Source: Okeania sp.
GTDB lineage: Bacteria; Cyanobacteriota; Cyanobacteriia; Cyanobacteriales; Microcoleaceae
Length of the DNA: 32,000 nt
NCBI RefSeq assembly: GCF_035285525.1
Contig: NZ_JAYKGW010000155.1
Location: 3,225 to 35,224, forward strand
Reading direction: 5' to 3'
The stretch's first letter is position 1, and each line of letters begins with the position of its first letter. A program made the translations under genes and the position numbers. The notes beneath the pieces are model-generated. The model ran no database searches and was not told the DNA's origin. It saw only the letters and a program-made list of their open reading frames with translations. Of this stretch, positions 28,664 to 32,000 are shown in pieces.

Positions 28664-29317
28664 TTGGTGCGTGACACTACAAACCCTACAGGAGAAGTGA
28701 CTCCTCCGTTCACTATTGATTTAACAAAATTGGAAGGGTTATCCCAGGATATACTTAGTAAACTTGGGAATCTTTCAGTAATTGTTCAAGAAATTGATAG
28801 TGCTCAAGGTATTGATACTGAAGGTATTAAACAAAAGCTTACGGACATCAAGACCAGTGTAGACCTTGCCCAATCTCAGTTTTCTGGCGAGATCAGCGTA
28901 GGATTTGGCACAATAAATGCTGCAGCTAATGCTATAAATGCTGCTGTAGCAGCTCTTGACTCAAATACATCAAGATTGCTTCAAGACTTAAAAACTATTG
29001 GTATAGACAGTGTTTATCGTCTTGATGATGTGGTTAACTTTTCTGAGATGAACTTGAGCGAAATGATGAAAGCTAACGCAGAACTTGCAGGCGTTAAGAC
29101 TGGCGTTCTGGCGCTCAAGGCAGAACATGACGAGAGTCAAGCAAAACAAGACTTGCAGCGACAAGTTAGTGAAGAGACTAACAGATTATTAGCTCCTAAA
29201 AATCTCCTACACAAGAGTGTTATTGTGGATTTCTCTTCTCTTCAAACAATTACCATAACGGGAGGCACTGGTAATTTTTTTTCATCTACCTACTCAAACA
29301 CAATTACTAATTATTAA
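28664..29317 (+). CDS. Orphan hypothetical protein (217 aa) with a non-ATG start, wedged between purL and the polA remnant
   Basis: 217 codons stay open in stop-rich DNA, which is unlikely by chance. It begins TTG-GTG directly after an in-frame TAG, and the first ATG is far inside. The product is Ser/Thr/Asn/Ala/Leu-rich and helical-looking (GTINAAANAINAAVAALDSNTSRLLQDLK), and I recognised no family. By eye it uses more G/C-ending codons (gac, aag, cag, ctc) than neighbouring genes. Confidence 0.45.
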   Translation: MVRDTTNPTGEVTPPFTIDLTKLEGLSQDILSKLGNLSVIVQEIDSAQGIDTEGIKQKLTDIKTSVDLAQSQFSGEISVGFGTINAAANAINAAVAALDSNTSRLLQDLKTIGIDSVYRLDDVVNFSEMNLSEMMKANAELAGVKTGVLALKAEHDESQAKQDLQRQVSEETNRLLAPKNLLHKSVIVDFSSLQTITITGGTGNFFSSTYSNTITNY

Positions 29318-32000
29318 TTATCCACTAATGAAAAATTCTCCTATCGTTCCTACTGGGCTTTTGCTAAAAGTCGTACTGGAGGTTTGAAAACTTCTACAGG
29401 GATTCCCACCAGTGTTTGTTTTGGTTTCCTGAAATCTTTACTAGAAGTAATAGATACGGAAAAACCAGAATATTTAGTCATTGCTTTTGATTTAGCAGAA
29501 CCTACTTTTCGTCATAAAGCTGATATTAATTATAAGGCAGATAGACCTAAGCCTCCAGAAAATTTAATTATTGATTTAGAAAATTGAAAGGAGCTTTTAA
29601 ATGCTTTTAATTTAAAAGTTATTACTTTTCCTGGTTATGAAGCTGATGATATATTGGGAACTTTAGCACGAAAAGCTAGTGCTGTTGGTTGGCGAGTAAA
29701 AATTCTTTCGGGAGACCAAGATTTATTTCAATTAATAGATGTAGAAAAAGGTATTAGTCTTTTACATTTACCTGGGGGTAAAGGTAGTACACCTAAAGAA
29801 TTTTTGGCTGAAGAAGTGAAGCAGAAATTGGGAATTTTGCCGAGTCAAGTTGTTGATTATAAAGCTCTTTGTGGAGATAAGTCTGATAATATTTCTGGTG
29901 TTAGAGGGATAGGGGAAAAAACTGCTAGTAAGTTGTTGAATGAATATGGCTCTCTAGGAATAATTTATCTTTATATAAATAAAATTGAAGAAGTAAATCG
30001 AAAAAAGTTAGTAGCAGGAAAAGCTGATGCAGAACGTTCTGAGTTTATAGCAGTAATAGAAGTAAACGTGCCGTTAAATATTAGCATAGAATAGTTTTGA
30101 ATAAAAAGATTTTCTCGGTCAAAAATTGAACCTGTTTTGCAAAGGCTAGAATTACAAAATTTTCTCAATCAAATTCCTAATTTAGAACAGCAGTTTGATA
30201 GGTTAGCTAGAGTTAAGTCTTGGCCGGATGAATCAGAAAATAACCAACCATAAAAATCGACAAATACTTTTGTTAAAGTAGAAAGTGATGATTGTTTTTT
30301 CAGCACCGAAGATCAAAAGATAGCTCAGCAACAAATTTCTATAAAATCAGAAATTCCGCCTCAAATTATTGATACTCCAGAAAAGTTAAAGGAGTTAGTA
30401 AATATTTTAAAACCACAGAGAAATTTTCAGACTCCAGTTGCTTGGGATACGGAAACAACATCTTTAGAACCGAGAGATGCTGAGTTAGTTGGAATAGGTT
30501 GTTGTTGGGGAAAAAATATAGAGAATGTTGCCTATATTCCGACCGGACATAAAATTGGAAAAAATCTGGATAAGGTGATAGTATTGGAAGCTTTAAAGCC
30601 AATTTTGGAAAGTGCCGAACATCCGAAAGTTTTTCAGAATACTAAGTTTGATAGATTAGTTTTTCGGTGTCAAGGAATTAAATTAGCTGGAGTGGTTTTT
30701 GACACAATGTTGGCAAGTTATGTATTAGATCCTGGAGCCAAACATAGTCTGGAAGAAATATATATTAGATATCTCAGATATCTGGAAATAAGTTGACGAA
30801 GTTATAACGATGTAGTCTCCAGAAATCAAACTATTGCTGACCTAGATATTGGGAAGGTAGCTGACTATTGTGGTACTCAAGTTTTTGTGACTTTTCAGTT
30901 AGTAGAAAGATTAAGAACAGAATTAGAAAAAGCGGATAAAAATCAATCTACTGAAAAGTCTTTGTACAAATTATTAGTAGATATAGAACAACCTTGAGAA
31001 GTTGTTTTAGTCGAAATTGAATTTCAGGGAATTAAGATAGATATTGAATCTCTGAAAAAATTATTAGTTCAACTGAGAAATCTTTGTCTAAATTATTAGT
31101 AGATATAGAACAACCTTGAGAAGTTGTTTTAGCCGAAATTGAATTTCAGGGAATTAAGATAGATATTGAATCTCTGAAAAAATTATTAGTTCAACTACGA
31201 AAAGATAAAGATGCTGAGCAAAATCAATCTGCTGAAAAGTCTTTGTCTAAATTATTAGTAGATATAGAACAACCTTGAGAAGTTGTTTTAGCCGAAATGG
31301 AATTTCAGGGAATTAAGATAGATATTGAATCTCTGAAAAAATTATTAGTTAAACTACGAAAAGACAAAGATGCTGAGAAAAATCAATCTACTGAAAAGTC
31401 TTTGTACAAATTATTAGTAGATGTAGAACAACCTTGAGAAGTTGTTTTAGCCGAAATTGAATTTCAGGGAATTAAGATTGATATTGAATCTCTGAAAAAA
31501 TTATTAGTTAAACTACGAAAAGATTTAGAAGAAATTGAAAAAAGAGCTTGTCAAACAGTAGATATTCAAATTTTACAAGAATATCTGAAGACAGAAATTA
31601 ATAAAATAGATTCTAATTCATTTACCAATCAACAAGAATTAAAAAAAACAATATCTAGCCCTATACTCAAAGCATATATCAGTAAATTATCAAAAGAGCA
31701 AAGACAAAATTCAGCAACTATTGAAAAAGAAATAAATCAAACAGAAACCAGCGACTTATTAAACCTAAACTCTCCATCTCAATTAAGCGAATTATTGTTT
31801 CAAATTATCAGTCAAAATCAGAAAAAAACTCGCCAAATAAAAACAGGTTATTCCACCGATGTAGTAGTCTTATAAAAATTACAAACAGAACCAGAACATC
31901 ATCCTATTATTGATGAAATATTAAATCATCGAACCTTATACAAACTCTTTTCTACCTATGTCGAAGCCATACCAAAATTAGTTCGTTCAGATACTCAAAG
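29318..32000 (+). pseudogene. polA: DNA polymerase I pseudogene (continues past the right edge)
   Basis: PolA homology is continuous: FAKSRTGGLKTSTGIPTSVCFGFLKSLLEV, PTFRHKAD..YKADRP, GYEADDILGTLA, ILSGDQDLFQLID, CGDKSDNISGVRGIGEKTA, AWDTETTSLEP, FQNTKFD, DTMLASYVLDP, LNLNSPSQLSELLF, KTGYSTD, HRTLYKL.STYV. It is interrupted by in-frame stops at 29585, 30092, 30098, 30251, 30794, 30995, 31117, 31276, 31435 and 31873, and by one frameshift near 31070. The N-terminal VDGHSLAFR motif is degraded to STNEKFSYR. Confidence 0.9.
30936..31524 (+). repeat. Four tandem copies of a 159-bp (53-codon) unit inside the polA pseudogene (copy 1-to-2 spacing 122 bp because of ~37 bp of deletion)
   Basis: The marker CAACCTTGAGAAG recurs, with its TGA at 30995, 31117, 31276 and 31435 (spacings 122, 159, 159). 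The units encode ...NQS.EKSL.KLLVD.EQP*EVVLAE.EFQGIKIDIESLKKLLV.LRKDKDAE. Confidence 0.95.

Noticed and set aside
29384-30796. ORFs 29384..29587, 29654..30094 and 30575..30796 as three separate genes, plus minus-strand ORFs 29971..30168 and 30366..30602
   Set aside because: The three plus-strand ORFs are consecutive same-frame fragments of one PolA homologue separated only by nonsense codons. The minus-strand ORFs are shadows.
29318-32000. In-frame stops in polA as programmed recoding or an alternative genetic code
   Set aside because: All three stop codons occur. Neighbouring genes (atpD, purL, aroA, minD) contain none internally and terminate normally. The gene also has a degraded N-terminus, a frameshift and an internal amplification. 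Pseudogenisation is the simpler explanation.

Overview
This is an AT-rich chromosomal segment of a cyanobacterium, probably a filamentous Nostocales-type genome. Supporting evidence: nine HIP1 octamers (GCGATCGC, about 0.1 expected by chance at this composition) and recognisable cp12, rpaA, a CurT/CAAD protein, minC-minD-minE, atpD-atpC (F1 beta/epsilon), aroA and purL. By my own feature list only about 16.4 of 32 kb is intact coding sequence. The remainder falls into three groups. (i) At least three families of small non-autonomous repeats: hairpin elements ending AGGACTTACGCA...TGCGTAAGTCCT, ~250-bp MITEs with TAGGGTTTGC termini, and GGGGAGTA-type arrays linked to a CATTTAAGGTGTGTCAGTCTAGTAG module. 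(ii) A ~2.2-kb tandem segmental duplication carrying two PEP-CTERM secreted-protein paralogues behind kilobase-long AT-rich leaders. (iii) Two clear pseudogenes: polA, with 10 in-frame stops and an internal 159-bp tandem amplification, and an RTX-type Ca-binding protein remnant. The most unusual intact gene encodes a 763-aa secreted homologue of animal-type peptidylarginine deiminase (PAD). Its nucleophile motif reads GNVQDATN where PADs have GEVHCGTN, and it sits in a cassette bracketed by two copies of one MITE. I saw no rRNA, tRNA, CRISPR array or transposase gene. All homology calls are by-eye motif recognition against remembered family sequences; no search was run.
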